From: Nemertoderma westbladi
Taxonomy: Eukaryota; Animalia; Xenacoelomorpha
Length of the DNA stretch: 61,714 bases
NCBI GenBank assembly: GCA_032718475.1
Contig: JAUCBJ010007364.1
Location: 1 to 61,714, forward strand
Direction: 5' to 3'
Part shown: in pieces, positions 24,530 through 37,776 of the stretch
Layout: each line of letters opens with the position of its first letter
Numbering within the stretch: the stretch's first letter is position 1
Translations under genes and position numbers: made by a program
The notes under the pieces: model-generated
What the model was told of the DNA's origin: nothing
The model's input: the letters and a program-made list of their open reading frames with translations, nothing else
Database searches by the model: none

Positions 24530-27500
24530 GGGATTACACGCGCTAACCCCTTAAGGATTCATTCCCGGAACAGTACGTGACTGTTGGATGGTTTGGGATT
24601 ACACGCGCTAACCCCTTAAGGATTCACGGCCGGAACAGTACGTGACTGTTGGCTGGATGGTTTGGGATTACACGCGCTAACCCCTTAAGGATTCATTGCC
24701 GGAACAGTACGTGACTGCTGGATGGTTTGGGATTACACGCGCTAACCCCTTAAGGATTCATTCCCGGAACAGTACGTGACTGCTGGATGGTTTGGGATTA
24801 CACGCGCTAACCCCTTAAGGATTCATGGCCGGAACAGTACGTGACTGCTGGATGGTTTGGGATTACACGCGCTAACCCCTTAAGGAATCATGGCCGGAAC
24901 AGTACGTGACTGCTGGCTGGATGGTTTGGGATTACACGCGCTAACCCCTTAAGGATTCATTGCCGGAACAGTACGTGACTGCTGGATGGTTTGGGATTAC
25001 ACGCGCTAACCCCTTAAGGATTCATTCCCGGAACAGTACGTGACTGTTGGCTGGATGGTTTGGGATTACACGCGCTAACCCCTTAAGGATTCATTGCCGG
25101 AACATTACGTGACTGCTGGATGGTTTGGGATTACACGCGCTAACCCCTTAAGGATTCATGGCCGGAACAGTACGTGACTGCTGGATGGTTTGGGATTACA
25201 CGCGCTAACCCCTTAAGGATTCATTGCCGGAACATTACGTGACTGCTGGATGGTTTGGGATTACACGCGCTAACCCCTTAAGGATTCATGGCCGGAACAG
25301 TACGTGACTGCTGGATGGTTTGGGATTACACGCGCTAACCCCTTAAGGATTCATGGCCGGAACGGTACGTGACTGCTGGATGGTTTGGGATTACACGCGC
25401 TAACCCCTTAAGGAATCATGGCCGGAACAGTACGTGACTGCTGGCTGGATGGTTTGGGATTACACGCGCTAACCCCTTAAGGATTCATTGCCGGAACATT
25501 ACGTGACTGTTGGCTGGATGGTTTGGGATTACACGCGCTAACCCCTTAAGGATTCATTCCCGGAACAGTACGTGACTGCTGGCTGGTTTGGGATTACACG
25601 CGCTAACCCCGTAAGGATTCATTGCCGGAACAGTACGTGACTGCTGGATGGTTTGGGATTACACGCACTAACCCCTTAAGTATTCATTGCCGGAACAGTA
25701 CGTGACTGCTGGCTGGTTTGGGATTACACGCGCTAACCCCGTAAGGATTCATTGCCGGAACAGTACGTGACTGCTGGATGGTTTGGGATTACACGCGCTA
25801 ACCCCGTAAGGATTCATTGCCGGAACAGTACGTGACTGCTGGATGGTTTGGGATTACACGCGCTAACCCCTTAAGTATTCATTGCCGGAACGGTACGTGA
25901 CTGCTGGCTGGATGGTTTGGGATTACACGCGCTAACCCCTTAAGTATTCATTGCCGGAACAGTACGTGACTGCTGGCTGGTTTGGGATTACACGCGCTAA
26001 CCCCTTAAGTATTCATTGCCGGAACAGTACGTGACTGCTGGATGGTTTGGGATTACACGCGCTAACCCCTTAAGTATTCATTGCCGGAACAGTACGTGAC
26101 TGCTGGCTGGATGGTTTGGGATTACACGCGCTAACCCCTTAAGTATTCATTGCCGGAACAGTACGTGACTGCTGCCTGGTTTGGGATTACACGCGCTAAC
26201 CCCTTAAGTATTCATTGCCGGAACAGTACGTGACTGCTGGATGGTTTGGGATTACACGCGCTAACCCCTTAAGTATTCATTGCCGGAACAGTACGTGACT
26301 GCTGGATGGTTTGGGATTACACGCGCTAACCCCTTAAGTATTCATTGCCGGAACAGTACGTGACTGCTGGCTGGATGGTTTGGGATTACACGCGCTAACC
26401 CCTTAAGTATTCATTGCCGGAACAGTACGTGACTGCTGGCTGGTTTGGGATTACACGCGCTAACCCCTTAATGATTCATTGTCGGAACAGTACGTGACTG
26501 CTGGATGGTTTGGGATTACACGCGCTAACCCCTTAAGTATTCATTGCCGGAACAGTACGTGACTGCTGGATGGTTTGGGATTACACGCGCTAACCCCTTA
26601 AGGATTCATTGCCGGAACAGTACGTGACTGCTGGATGGTTTGGGATTACACGCGCTAACCCCTTAAGGATTCATTGCCGGAACAGTACGTGACTGCTGGC
26701 TGGCTGGTTTGGGATTACACGCGCTAACCCCATAAGGATTCATTGCCGGAACAGTACGTGACTGCTGGCTGGATGGTTTGGGATTACACGCGCTAACCCC
26801 TTAGGATTCATTGCCGGAACAGTACGTGACTGCTGGCTGGATGGTTTGGGATTACACGCGCTAACCCCGTAAGGATTCATTGCCGGAACAGTACGTGACT
26901 GCTGGATGGTTTGGGATTACACGCGCTAACCCCTTAAGGATTCATTGTCGGAACAGTACGTGACTGCTGGATGGTTTGGGATTACACGCGCTAACCCCTT
27001 AAGTATTCATTGCCGGAACAGTACGTGACTGCTGGATGGTTTGGGATTACACGCGCTAACCCCTTAATGATTCATTGCCGGAACGGTGCGTGACTGCTGG
27101 CTGGATGGTTTGGGATTACACGCGCTAACCCCGTAAGGATTCATTGCCGGAACAGAACGTGACTGCTGGATGGTTTGGGATTACACGCGCTAACCCCTTA
27201 AGGATTCATTGCCGGAACAGTACGTGACTGCTGGATGGTTTGGGATTACACGCGCTAACCCCTTAAGGATTCATTGCCGGAACAGTATGTGACTGCTGGC
27301 TGGCTGGTTTGGGATTACACGCGCTAACCCCATAAGGATTCATTGCCGGAACAGTACGTGACTGCTGGCTGGATGGTTTGGGATTACACGCGCTAACCCC
27401 TTAGGATTCATTGCCGGAACAGTACGTGACTGCTGGCTGGATGGTTTGGGATTCCACGCGCTAACCCCGTAAGGATTCATTGCCGGAACAGTACGTGACT

Positions 27501-29226
27501 GCTGGATGGTTTGGGATTACACGCGCTAACCCCTTAAGGATTCATTGTCGGAACAGTACGTGACTGCTGGATGGTTTGGGATTACACGCGCTAACCCCTT
27601 AAGTATTCATTGCCGGAACAGTACGTGACTGCTGGATGGTTTGGGATTACACGCGCTAACCCCTTAATGATTCATTGCCGGAACGGTGCGTGACTGCTGG
27701 CTGGATGGTTTGGGATTACATGCGCTAACCCCGTAAGGATTCATTGCCGGAACAGAACGTGACTGCTGGATGGTTTGGGATTACACGCGCTAACCCCTTA
27801 ATGATTCATTCCCGGAACAGTACGTGACTGCTGGCTGGCTGGTTTGGGATTACACGCGCTAACCCCTTAAGGATTCATTGCCGGAACAGTACGTGACTGC
27901 TGGCTGGATGGTTTGGGATTACACGCGCTAACCCCGTAAGGATTCATTGCCGGAACAGTACGTGACTGCTGGATGGTTTGGGATTACACGAGCTAACCCC
28001 TTAATGATTCATTGCCGGAACGGTACGTGACTGCTGGATGGTTTGGGATTACACGCGCTAACCCCTTAAGTATTCATTCCCGGAACAGTACGTGACTGCT
28101 GGATGGTTTGGGATTACACGCGCTAACCCCTTAATGATTCATTGCCGGAACAGTACGTGACTGCTGGATGGTTTGGGATTACACGCGCTAACCCCTTAAG
28201 GATTCATTGCCGGAACAGTACGTGACTGCTGGATGGTTTGGGATTACACGCGCTAACCCCTTAAGGATTCATTGCCGGAACAGTACGTGACTGCTGGATG
28301 GTTTGGGATTACACGCGCTAACCCCTTAAGTATTCATTGCCGGAACAGTACGTGACTGCTGGATGGTTTGGGATTACACGCGCTAACCCCTTAAGGATTC
28401 ATTGCCGGAACAGTACGTGACTGCTGGATGGTTTGGGATTACACGCGCTAACCCCTTAAGGATTAATGGCCGGAACAGTACGTGACTGCTGGATGGTTTG
28501 GGATTACACGCGCTAACCCCTTAAGTATTCATTGCCGGAACAGTACGTGACTGCTGGATGGTTTGGGATTTCACGCGCTAACCCCTTAAGTATTCATTGC
28601 CGGAACAGTACGTGACTGCTGGCTGGATGGTTTGGGATTACACGCGCTAACCCCTTAAGTATTCATTGCCGGAACAGTACGTGACTGCTGGCTGGTTTGG
28701 GATTACACGCGCTAACCCCTTAAGTATTCATTGCCGGAACAGTACGTGACTGCTGGATGGTTTGGGATTACACGCGCTAACCCCTTAAGGATTCATTGCC
28801 GGAACAGTACGTGACTGCTGGATGGTTTGGGATTACACGCGCTAACCCCTTAAGGATTCATTGCCGGAACAGTACGTGACTGCTGGCTGGCTGGTTTGGG
28901 ATTACACGCGCTAACCCCTTAAGTATTCATTGCCGGAACAGTACGTGACTGTTGGCTGGTTTGGGATTACACGCGCTAACCCCTTAAGGATTCATTGCCG
29001 GAACAGTACGTGACTGTTGGATGGTTTGGGATTACACGCGCTAACCCCTTAAGGATTCATGGCCGGAACAGTACGTGACTACTGGATGGTTTGGGATTAC
29101 ACGCGCTAACCCCTTAAGGATTCATGGCCGGAACAGTACGTGACTGCTGGCTGGATGGTTTGGGATTACACGCGCTAACCCCTTAAGTATTCATTGCCGG
29201 AACAGTACGTGACTGTTGGCTGGTTT
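24530..29226. repeat. 65/69-bp intronic minisatellite, about 70 units
   Basis: Unit gggattacacgcgctaaccccttaaggattcattgccggaacagtacgtgactgctggatggttt, with or without an extra ggct. Confidence 0.97.
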
Positions 29227-29564
29227 CTATATAATAAAGTCAATATGAATGAAGAACATATGTGAATAATAATGGTTGTTTTTTCTGTTTGAGTTAAATC
29301 TTTTTTGCACTATTTGGTAATTCGTTTCATTATCACTATTTTTCTGTCGCCGAATATTGCCGGGTAAATGTCTAACGATTCTCTTATAATTATCAACCTA
29401 ACTTGTATACTCTTTGTTTGTGCTACGCCACTATAAATGATATCTTAGATATGCAATATGTACGAGTTTACTTAGTAATAATAATAATTAGCGGCTAGTA
29501 AATAATAAAAATAATGTTTAGTTTAGTAACAATGGAATTTAATAATTATTCTAATGAAACTTAC

Positions 29565-29761
29565 GGTTTCAAGTGGTTATCCAGTAATATATCGTAGCCG
29601 TACAACTCGAAGCAATGCTTATCGTTAATCATTATCTTCTGGACCGATTTCAGACTAATTATTATTATTTCATCGATAATACGAAACAATTCCTTAACAA
29701 CATCGTAACCATGACGGGCAGTTAAATACTGTCGCAGTTGCTGCAACGACCATTTACATCC
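29565..29761 (-). CDS. TTLL9: TTLL9 exon [13 protein letters not shown]...[18 protein letters not shown](P)
   Basis: ttgatttag acceptor; donor CC|GTAAGT. Confidence 0.94.
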
Positions 29762-30083
29762 CTAAATCAAATCAAAATATAAAAACACGAGTAAATAAAT
29801 AATATATTATTTATTAATTTATTAATTTATAACAAATAACAGCGTTAAAACAGAATATTGGCATTGCAATCCTACAAGATTCACATTGTTAACTCGTGAA
29901 GCAAAGATAAACAAGTTAAGAAATACGCCATTACTGTGTTGTTGTTACGTGCCTTTGGTATCGCATCACAGGATTCACTATCACTATGTATCCTTTACTG
30001 CCACAACAGTCTGCGCTGCAATGCGTGTGTAGTTTATATTTACAGTAGTTATATTGTAACATATTATATAGTAGAGATTACAG

Positions 30084-30917
30084 CCCCACTGGAGGATTCC
30101 CCACCATTCGGCACAACGAGATCCGCAACTTCGTTGCCGACACCCTAACCGAGGTGGCCCACAATGTAGGGGTGGAACCGCAACTCCAGCCATTATCGGG
30201 CGAGACTTTCAGCCATCGGTCGACTTCGACAGACCAGCAGGCGAGGCTAGACGTTTCGGTGAGCGGATTCTGGGGCAACCGCTTCCAGAAGACATTCATC
30301 GACGTCTCAGTCTTTAACCCGCTGGCAGACACCAACGCGGCGATGTCCCTTCCGGCAGCCCACCTACACCACGAGTCTCGCAAGAGACTCAAGTACGAGG
30401 ACCGGTTGCGGGAGCTCGAGCACGCCAGCTTCACTCCGCTTATCTTCTCGACGTTCGGTGGAACTTCGCCGGCAGCGTCGCAGTTCCTCAAGCGCCTGTC
30501 ACTGAAGCTGTCCGACAAACGTAACTACCCGTACTACGAGTGCGTGGTGTGGGTGCGCAGGCGGCTGAGCTTCGCGCTATTGCGATCAGCCCTCCTCTGT
30601 CTGCGTGGCAATCGGTCCGCCAGGAAGCGTCCGGTGAGGTGCGATGTTGGGGATACGTCCATCGTCCTCAGTAACGCCGACAGCAATCCGGTGTGATGGG
30701 CAGTTCATTACAGTACTGCAGTATTCAGGTATTAGCTGCAGACAGTACTGGTATTGCAGTCCAGTAGGCAATATTCTACCGTTGTGTTATACGGTTGCTA
30801 GGTGATGGGTAATGACAGCTGGTGGTGGTTGAATTATGTTTGTCCAGTAATTTTTGTGCTTTGTGTGTTATTTTTAAAGATGAATATAATATAATATACT
30901 GTGATGTTATAAAAAAA
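30084..30917 (+). mobile_element. 5'-truncated CRE-like non-LTR retrotransposon (restriction-like endonuclease end) with poly(A) and 11-bp TSD
   Basis: Open frame PTGGFPTIRHNEIR...ARLDVSVSGFW...FIDVSVFNP...FTPLIFSTFGG...RRRLSFALLRS to stop at 30696; A-tail at 30911; AGAGATTACAG at 30073-30083 and 30918-30928. Confidence 0.88.
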
Positions 30918-31194
30918 AGAGATTACAGGATTATAGTATGTAGTATTTGTTCTGGTGTAAAACGTGTTACTCGACGGGAATTGGTGTCTCAAAAATCATA
31001 ATACATTTCAGATGACAACAACTCCTGTTGCGTGTAACCCGTGAATGAGAAAGAATAAAAATAATGTACATAACTCTGCATAAAGGGAGGGAATGGGTGG
31101 GAAAAAAAATCCTAAAGTTTGGATATACAGTATCTAAAAGCAAAATCTGATCCTTCAGCTAAAATCAGAGTGATAAACATATGTGTGTGTTGTG

Positions 31195-31775
31195 ACCTTC
31201 GAATACGTAAGGGAAAGGCATGGGCAGCCTTGAATAGGCTTTCCAGGATTTGGAAGTCACCGAGAATTAATCGGAAACTTAAGGTCCTATTATTTAGAGC
31301 AGCAGTAGTTCCAGTACTCCTCTATGGGAGTCAATGCTGGGCTCTAACTGCTGAGGACACCAAATCTATGGATGGCACATTCACAAGAATGCTACGCCGG
31401 GTTCATTGTGTCAAGTACCATGCACACATCTCCAACCAGACACTATATAACATTGGAGGTGTTTCATTGGTTCCCCCAAGCTTGACACTAGAACAAAATC
31501 GCCTCCGCTTTGCAGGATATTGCTTTCGCCGTGAGGACCAGCCAGTGCATAATCTTGTACTTTGGCAGCCTCATGGAGTGAACAAGCATGGTGGACAGCC
31601 CATGACTTTCTTGAGACGCATCTTAAAGGACACTGGCCTTGAAGATGCGGATGATCTAGCAAAATGTCATGGGTAATAGGGAGTTGTGGCGGTGCAATTT
31701 TGTCGATAAGCCGGCACAGCATTCTTAAAAATGCAGTTGCAATGCAGCATGCCGATCATAGTAGTAGTAGTAGTG
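31195..31775 (+). mobile_element. 3' fragment of an RTE-like LINE with (TAG)n tail
   Basis: RIRKGKAWAALNRLSRIWKS...PVLLYGSQCWAL...RLRFAGYCFR; tagtagtag at about 31758-31774. Confidence 0.85.
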
Positions 31776-32182
31776 TTGTGATACAGTACATAAGTTCCAG
31801 TTGTTGACAATTGGATTTGCTTGAGTCTCATTGGCTAAAACTAAACCACAATGTATATGCCGGAATTATATTGGCTGTACTGTATACTGTAGTACAGGTT
31901 AACAGCGTAAATTTAGATCGCCTACTTTTTGTGTCATCAAATATCCTTTCTGTAGAAAAGATATACTACTCAAAGAGATTGATGTGGTTTAGTAAACTGT
32001 TCAAGTTCAAGTTCTATTCAGAAATATAGATAACTACTACTGTAAACATCAAAATAGGATTGCAACAGAGCTAAAATATGTTGCATCCCCACTACAATAA
32101 TTATACAACTCAGCGACCAGAGCGGGAGCTATCGTGCATCCCCACTACAATACTACAACAACTACATATATAATGAGCTAAC

Positions 32183-32241
32183 CCTATCAGGATCATAGTC
32201 AGGAGCTGTCTTTTGAATGGCGACATTAGTTAGATGGATAT
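32183..32241 (-). CDS. TTLL9: TTLL9 exon (Y)IHLTNVAIQKTAPDYDPDR
   Basis: ctgcag acceptor; donor AGG|GTTAGC; HLTN motif. Confidence 0.93.
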
Positions 32242-33169
32242 CTGCAGCCAAGATAGTAAATGTAATTAAGGATAAATAATATAAGTTCATTAATGAACAC
32301 ATGGTTTAATGGTTGAATACGATGTACAATTAGACAGTCTCTGTTGGAATTGTAGGACTAATCCCATCACATGCGTACTTTTTAACCGGGTAGTGTACAA
32401 ATTTAGGAATCGCGTAATTTGAAAACGAAATTCGTATCTCTTATCTCTCCAAACCACGTGTGCGCGTTTCCACCTTATTACTGGGTCTCATCAGCGTGGT
32501 GTCGGATTCGAAGCTGGGACCTCGAGGTGGAAGCCGGACAACAACCACAAGGCCACAGGTTCTTGAGATATGGAGTATTAATTTCAAAGCCAGCTGCCAT
32601 TTTATTAGCCCCTGATTTTTATTATTGATGTGTTGGCAAGCTGTGTTTTCGAGGTGTCGGTTATTTACATTTATTATAGCCCATGAGACCCAGTAAGGTC
32701 GTAACACAAACTACAGTTTGGATTATTGATCTGTGATAAGAATTTCATTATAAAATTACGCGATTTCTGAATTTCTACACGACTCGGGTAAAGAGTAACG
32801 CATGTGTTCGGGGTTAGTATCTCATTTGCGCGAATAAAAAGATAAGATATTTTCGGTAAAATAAAATATCATTCGTTATCATCAAGTTAAGACCCCTTAT
32901 AACAGATCCCTAAATAATCAATGTACAATAACAAACACCTCGAAAACACAACTGGCCAACACCTTGTCACAACTAACAAGTGACTGACACAAGAAGATTG
33001 CCGATATCCGTTTGGTAGACTCGCAGCAAGATGACTTACTTTAGGTTTGTGATAAACACGTTCAAGTACAACTGCATTGGTACGTCGGCGAGAATGACGC
33101 ATGGGCGTTTGTGTGATACTTCTGTTATATATTTAGTTAATTAGTAATATTTTTGCTAGAAAAGGATAC
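32242..33169 (-). other. U12-type (minor spliceosome) GT-AG intron
   Basis: Donor T|GTATCCTTTT and branch-site-like TCCTTAAT about 25 nt upstream of the AG. Confidence 0.88.
32367..32806. mobile_element. MITE-like inverted repeat containing a tRNA-like A/B-box segment
   Basis: cacatgcgtactttttaaccggg..aatcgcgtaattt versus aaattacgcgatt..cgggtaaagagtaacgcatgtg. Minus-strand TGGCCTTGTGG..GCTTCGAATCC at about 32557-32494. Confidence 0.5.
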
Positions 33170-33380
33170 AAGTATCGTCTATGCTTTCGTGTGTATATCG
33201 ATAGAATGAGAAGCGGGCGAATCCCGAGCGATACAACCAAACTTTTAGCGGCGTGTAGGAAGCGATGAGAACGTAAATCCTTAGATCGAACTTTTTGCCA
33301 CCGATTAGGTAAGGACTGTCGATGTAGCGGGATACAATGTAAGTCTCCGGACCCTCTTTGTTCTCATCAGTTCTCTCCCC
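33170..33380 (-). CDS. TTLL9: TTLL9 exon [38 protein letters not shown]...SIDDT(Y)
   Basis: ttgttttag acceptor; KFDLR motif; ends at the U12 donor. Confidence 0.94.
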
Positions 33381-33524
33381 CTAAAACAAACCAATTTCAA
33401 TGGGTTAGAAATTTACTACATTACAATCAGCGCGGTTCTTGATAGTTAAGGGGCAACAAACATATTAAAATCGTCTGCAAAGATAAGATAGTAGATTTTG
33501 ATTCTCGGCTACTTAACTAAAACT

Positions 33525-33940
33525 TTAGTCATGGGCAGCCCTCCATGCTTATTCACTCCATGAGGGCGCCAAAGCTCAAGATTGTGCACCGGCTGATCCT
33601 CGCGGCGAAAGAAATGTCCTGCGATGTGGTGGCGGCTGGCTCCGTTCATATGTCGAGCTTGGTGGGGCTTATGAAGCACCTCCAGCTGTCTAGGGTCGGT
33701 TGGTGATGTATGCATTGTCAATGACACAATGATCTATTAATAGTATACTATTAACTAGGTTTACTAAATGGTATTATAAATTGCAATTCCAATTACTAAA
33801 TGGTATTACAGCCCATGACTTTCTTGAGATGCCTCTTAAAGGACACTGGCCTTGAAGATGCGGATGCTCTAGCAAACATCACGGGTGATAAGGAGTTGTG
33901 GCGGCAAGATTTTGTCGACAAGCCGGCACAGGCACAGCAT
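33525..33940. mobile_element. Two oppositely oriented pieces of the same RTE-like family as 31195-31775
   Basis: 33525-33620 on the minus strand reads FFRREDQPVHNLELWRPHGVNKHGG; 33809-33940 on the plus strand matches 31596-31720. Confidence 0.7.
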
Positions 33941-34495
33941 TATTATACGTAAGTTATATAATGCAGATACATTAATAATTAATCATTAGACACTATATTA
34001 TGATTCGGTGGTTATAATATGCCTATTTAATTGTGAACCACTGGTCTTACTTCACAATTTTTTCTACCAACTTATTATACATAATGAGAAGGACTTAATT
34101 CAACATTTATCGGAAGTTAGCAACTCGGTTTTGATTTTTCCTCGTTATTGATATCGCTTATGTATGCCGGCTGCTATAGTTAAAACAGGGCTGCGTTACT
34201 CATGACACAGTTAAAGAAGTTACTTATGTAATTGTTAAGAACATTGATTTGCGTCAATTGAATAAACAACTTCAGTTGAATTGGTTAGATAGCTGACGCG
34301 TCGAAATTTTTAATTAGTTCTCAATAATTGCCTTGATTAGATAATAAAACTAAGTTAAAACCAAATAAAAAATTAAATAATTAACACAACCAATAGCGCA
34401 GCAAAATTTATTTTCGCTAAATAGAATTGCGCTGAGGAAACCATCCGATCCATTTCCAATAGATTTCGGTACATTTGCAATATAATAATTCTTAC

Positions 34496-34636
34496 AGAAA
34501 TTTTCTTCCAGTCTGTAATATCTTTCAATCGTTTAAACAGGAATATTCCCTTTCCTTGGGACTTAGCTATTGGTTTCATTATCCATGTGACCCCGGGATG
34601 CTTCTTAAACTCCTCCACAAATATGTGATACTCAGA
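34496..34636 (-). CDS. TTLL9: TTLL9 exon [47 protein letters not shown]
   Basis: ttttacag acceptor; donor TCT|GTAAGA; phase 0 at both ends. Confidence 0.94.
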
Positions 34637-34670
34637 CTGTAAAATAAAATGTTTTGATACAGATGGTTGC

Positions 34671-37600
34671 GATACGTAGATGGTAGAAATCAACTTACTG
34701 GTAGTTCGTACGTAGCGGGTAGAAATCAACTTACTGGTAGTTCGTACGTAGCGGGTAGAAATCAACTTACTGGTAGTTCGTACGTAGCTGGTAGAAATCA
34801 ACTTACTAGTAGTTCGTACGTAGCTGGTAGAAATCAACTTACTGGTAGTTCGTACGTAGCTGGTAGAAATCAACTTACTGGTAGTTCGTACGTAGCGGAT
34901 AGAAATCAACTTACTGGTAGTTCGTACGTAGCGGGTAGAAATCAACTAACTGGTAGTTCGAAAGTAGCGGGTAGAAATCAACTTACTGGTAGTTCGTAAG
35001 TAGCTGGGTGGAAATCAACTTACTGGTAGTTCGTACGTAGCTGGTAGAAATCAACTTACTGGTAGTTCGTACGTAGCGGATAGAAATCAACTTACTGGTA
35101 GTTCGTACGTAGCTGGGTAGAAATCAACTTACTGGTAGTTCGTACGTAGCTGGTAGAAATCAACTTACTGGTAGTTCGTACGTAGCTGGTAGAAATCAAC
35201 TTACTGGTAGTTCGTACGTAGCGGATAGAAATCAACTTACTGGTAGTTCGTACGTAGCTGGGTAGAAATCAACTTACTGGTAGTTCGTACGTAGCTGGGT
35301 AGAAATCAACTTACTGGTAGTTCGTACGTAGCTGGTAGAAATCAACTTACTGGTAGTTCGTACGTAGCTGGTAGAAATCAACTTACTGGTAGTTCGTACG
35401 TAGCTGGGTAGAAATCAACTTACTGGTAGTTCGTACGTAGCGGGTAGAAATCAACTTACTGGTAGTTCGTACGTAGCGGGTAGAAATCAACTTACTGGTA
35501 GTTCGTACGTAGCGGGTAGAAATCAACTTACTGGTAGTTCGAAAGTAGCGGGTAGAAATCAACTTACTGGTAGTTCGTACGTAGCGGGTAGAAATCAACT
35601 TACTGGTAGTTCGTACGTAGCGGGTAGAAATCAACTTACTGGTAGTTCGTACGTAGCGGGTAGAAATCAACTTACTGGTAGTTCGTACGTAGCGGGTAGA
35701 AATCAACTTACTGGTAGTTCGAAAGTAGCGGGTAGAAATCAACTTACTGGTAGTTCGTAAGTAGCTGGGTGGAAATCAACTCACTGGTAGTTCGTACGTA
35801 GCGGATAGAAATCAACTTACTGGTAGTTCGTACGTAGCTGGTAGAAATCAACTTACTGGTAGTTCGTACGTAGCGGATAGAAATCAACTTACTGGTAGTT
35901 CGTACGTAGCTGGGTAGAAATCAACTTACTGGTAGTTCGTACGTAGCGGATAGAAATCAACTTACTGGTAGTTCGTACGTAGCGGATAGAAATCAACTTA
36001 CTGGTAGTTCGTACGTAGTGGATAGAAATCAACTTACTGGTAGTTCGTACGTAGCGGATAGAAATAAACTTACTGGTAGTTCGTACGTAGCTGGTAGAAA
36101 TCAACTTACTGGTAGTTTGTACGTAGCTGGTAGAAATCAACTTACTGGTAGTTTGTACGTAGCGGGTAGAAATCAACTTACTGGTAGTTCGTAAGTAGCT
36201 GGTAGAAATCAACTTACTGGTAGTTCGTACGTAGCTGGGCAGAAATCAACTTACTGGTAGTTCATACGTAGCGGGTAGAAATCAACTTACTGGTAGTTCG
36301 TACGTAGCTGGTAGAAATCAACTTACTGGTAGTTCGTACGTAGCGGGTAGAAATCAACTTACTGGTAGTTCGTACGTAGCTGGTAGAAATCAACTTACTG
36401 GTAGTTCGTACGTAGCTGGGTAGAAATCAACTTACTGGTAGTTCGTACGTAGCTGGGTAGAAATCAACTTACTGGTAGTTCGTACGTAGCTGGTAGAAAT
36501 CAACTTACTGGTAGTTCGTACGTAGCGGGTAGAAATCAACTTACTGGTAGTTCGTACGTAGCGGATAGAAATCAACTTACTGGTAGTTCGTACGTAGCGG
36601 GTAGAAATCAACTTACTGGTAGTTCGTACGTAGCGGATAGAAATCAACTTACTGGTAGTTCGTACGTAGCGGATAGAAATCAACTTACTGGTAGTTCGTA
36701 CGTAGCGGGTAGAAATCAACTTACTGGTAGTTCGTACGTAGCGGACAGAAATCAACTTACTGGTAGTTCGTACGTAGCGGATAGAAATCAACTTACTGGT
36801 AGTTCGTACGTAGCGGATAGAAATCAACTTACTGGTAGTTCGTACGTAGCGGATAGAAATCAACTTACTGGTAGTTCGTACGTAGCGGATAGAAATCAAC
36901 TTACTGGTAGTTCGTACGTAGCGGATAGAAATCAACTTACAGGTAGTTCGTACGTAGTGGATAGAAATAAACTTACTGGTAGTTCGTACGTAGCGGATAG
37001 AAATCAACTTACTGGTAGTTCGTACGTAGCGGGTAGAAATCAACTTACTGGTAGTTCGTACGTAGCTGGGTAGAAATCAACTTACTGGTAGTTCATAAGT
37101 AGCGGATAGACATCAACTTACTGGTAGTTCGTACGTAGCGGATAGAAATCAACTTACTGGTAGTTCGTACGTAGCGGGTAGAAATCAACTTACTGGTAGT
37201 TCGTACGTAGCGGATAGAAATCAACTTACTGGTAGTTCGTACGTAGCGGGTAGAAATCAACTTACTGGTAGTTCGTACGTAGCGGATAGAAATCAACTTA
37301 CTGGTAGTTCGTACGTAGCGGATAGAAATCAACTTACTGGTAGTTCGTACGTAGCGGGTAGAAATCAACTTACTGGTAGTTCGTACGTAGCGGATAGAAA
37401 TCAACTTACTGGTAGTTCGTACGTAGCGGATAGAAATCAACTTACTGGTAGTTCGTACGTAGCGGATAGAAATCAACTTACTGGTAGTTCGTACGTAGCG
37501 GATAGAAATCAACTTACTGGTAGTTCGTACGTAGCGGATAGAAATAAACTTACTGGTAGTTCGTACGTAGCGGATAGAAATCAACTTACTGGTAGTTCGT

Positions 37601-37776
37601 ACGTAGTGGATAGAAATAAACTTACTGGTAGTTCGTACGTAGCGGATAGAAATCAACTTACTGGTAGTTCGTACGTAGCGGGTAGAAATCAACTTACTGG
37701 TAGTTCGTACGTAGCTGGGTAGAAATCAACTTACTGGTAGTTCATAAGTAGCGGATAGAAATCAACTTACTGGTAG
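34671..37776. repeat. 36/37-bp exon-end plus splice-donor minisatellite, distal block, about 85 units
   Basis: Minus-strand unit gttgatttctaccc(a)gctacgtacgaactacca|gtaa. Confidence 0.97.

Noticed and set aside
32490-32560. tRNA gene
   Set aside because: A/B-box-like motifs only; no convincing cloverleaf, and it is embedded in a repeat.
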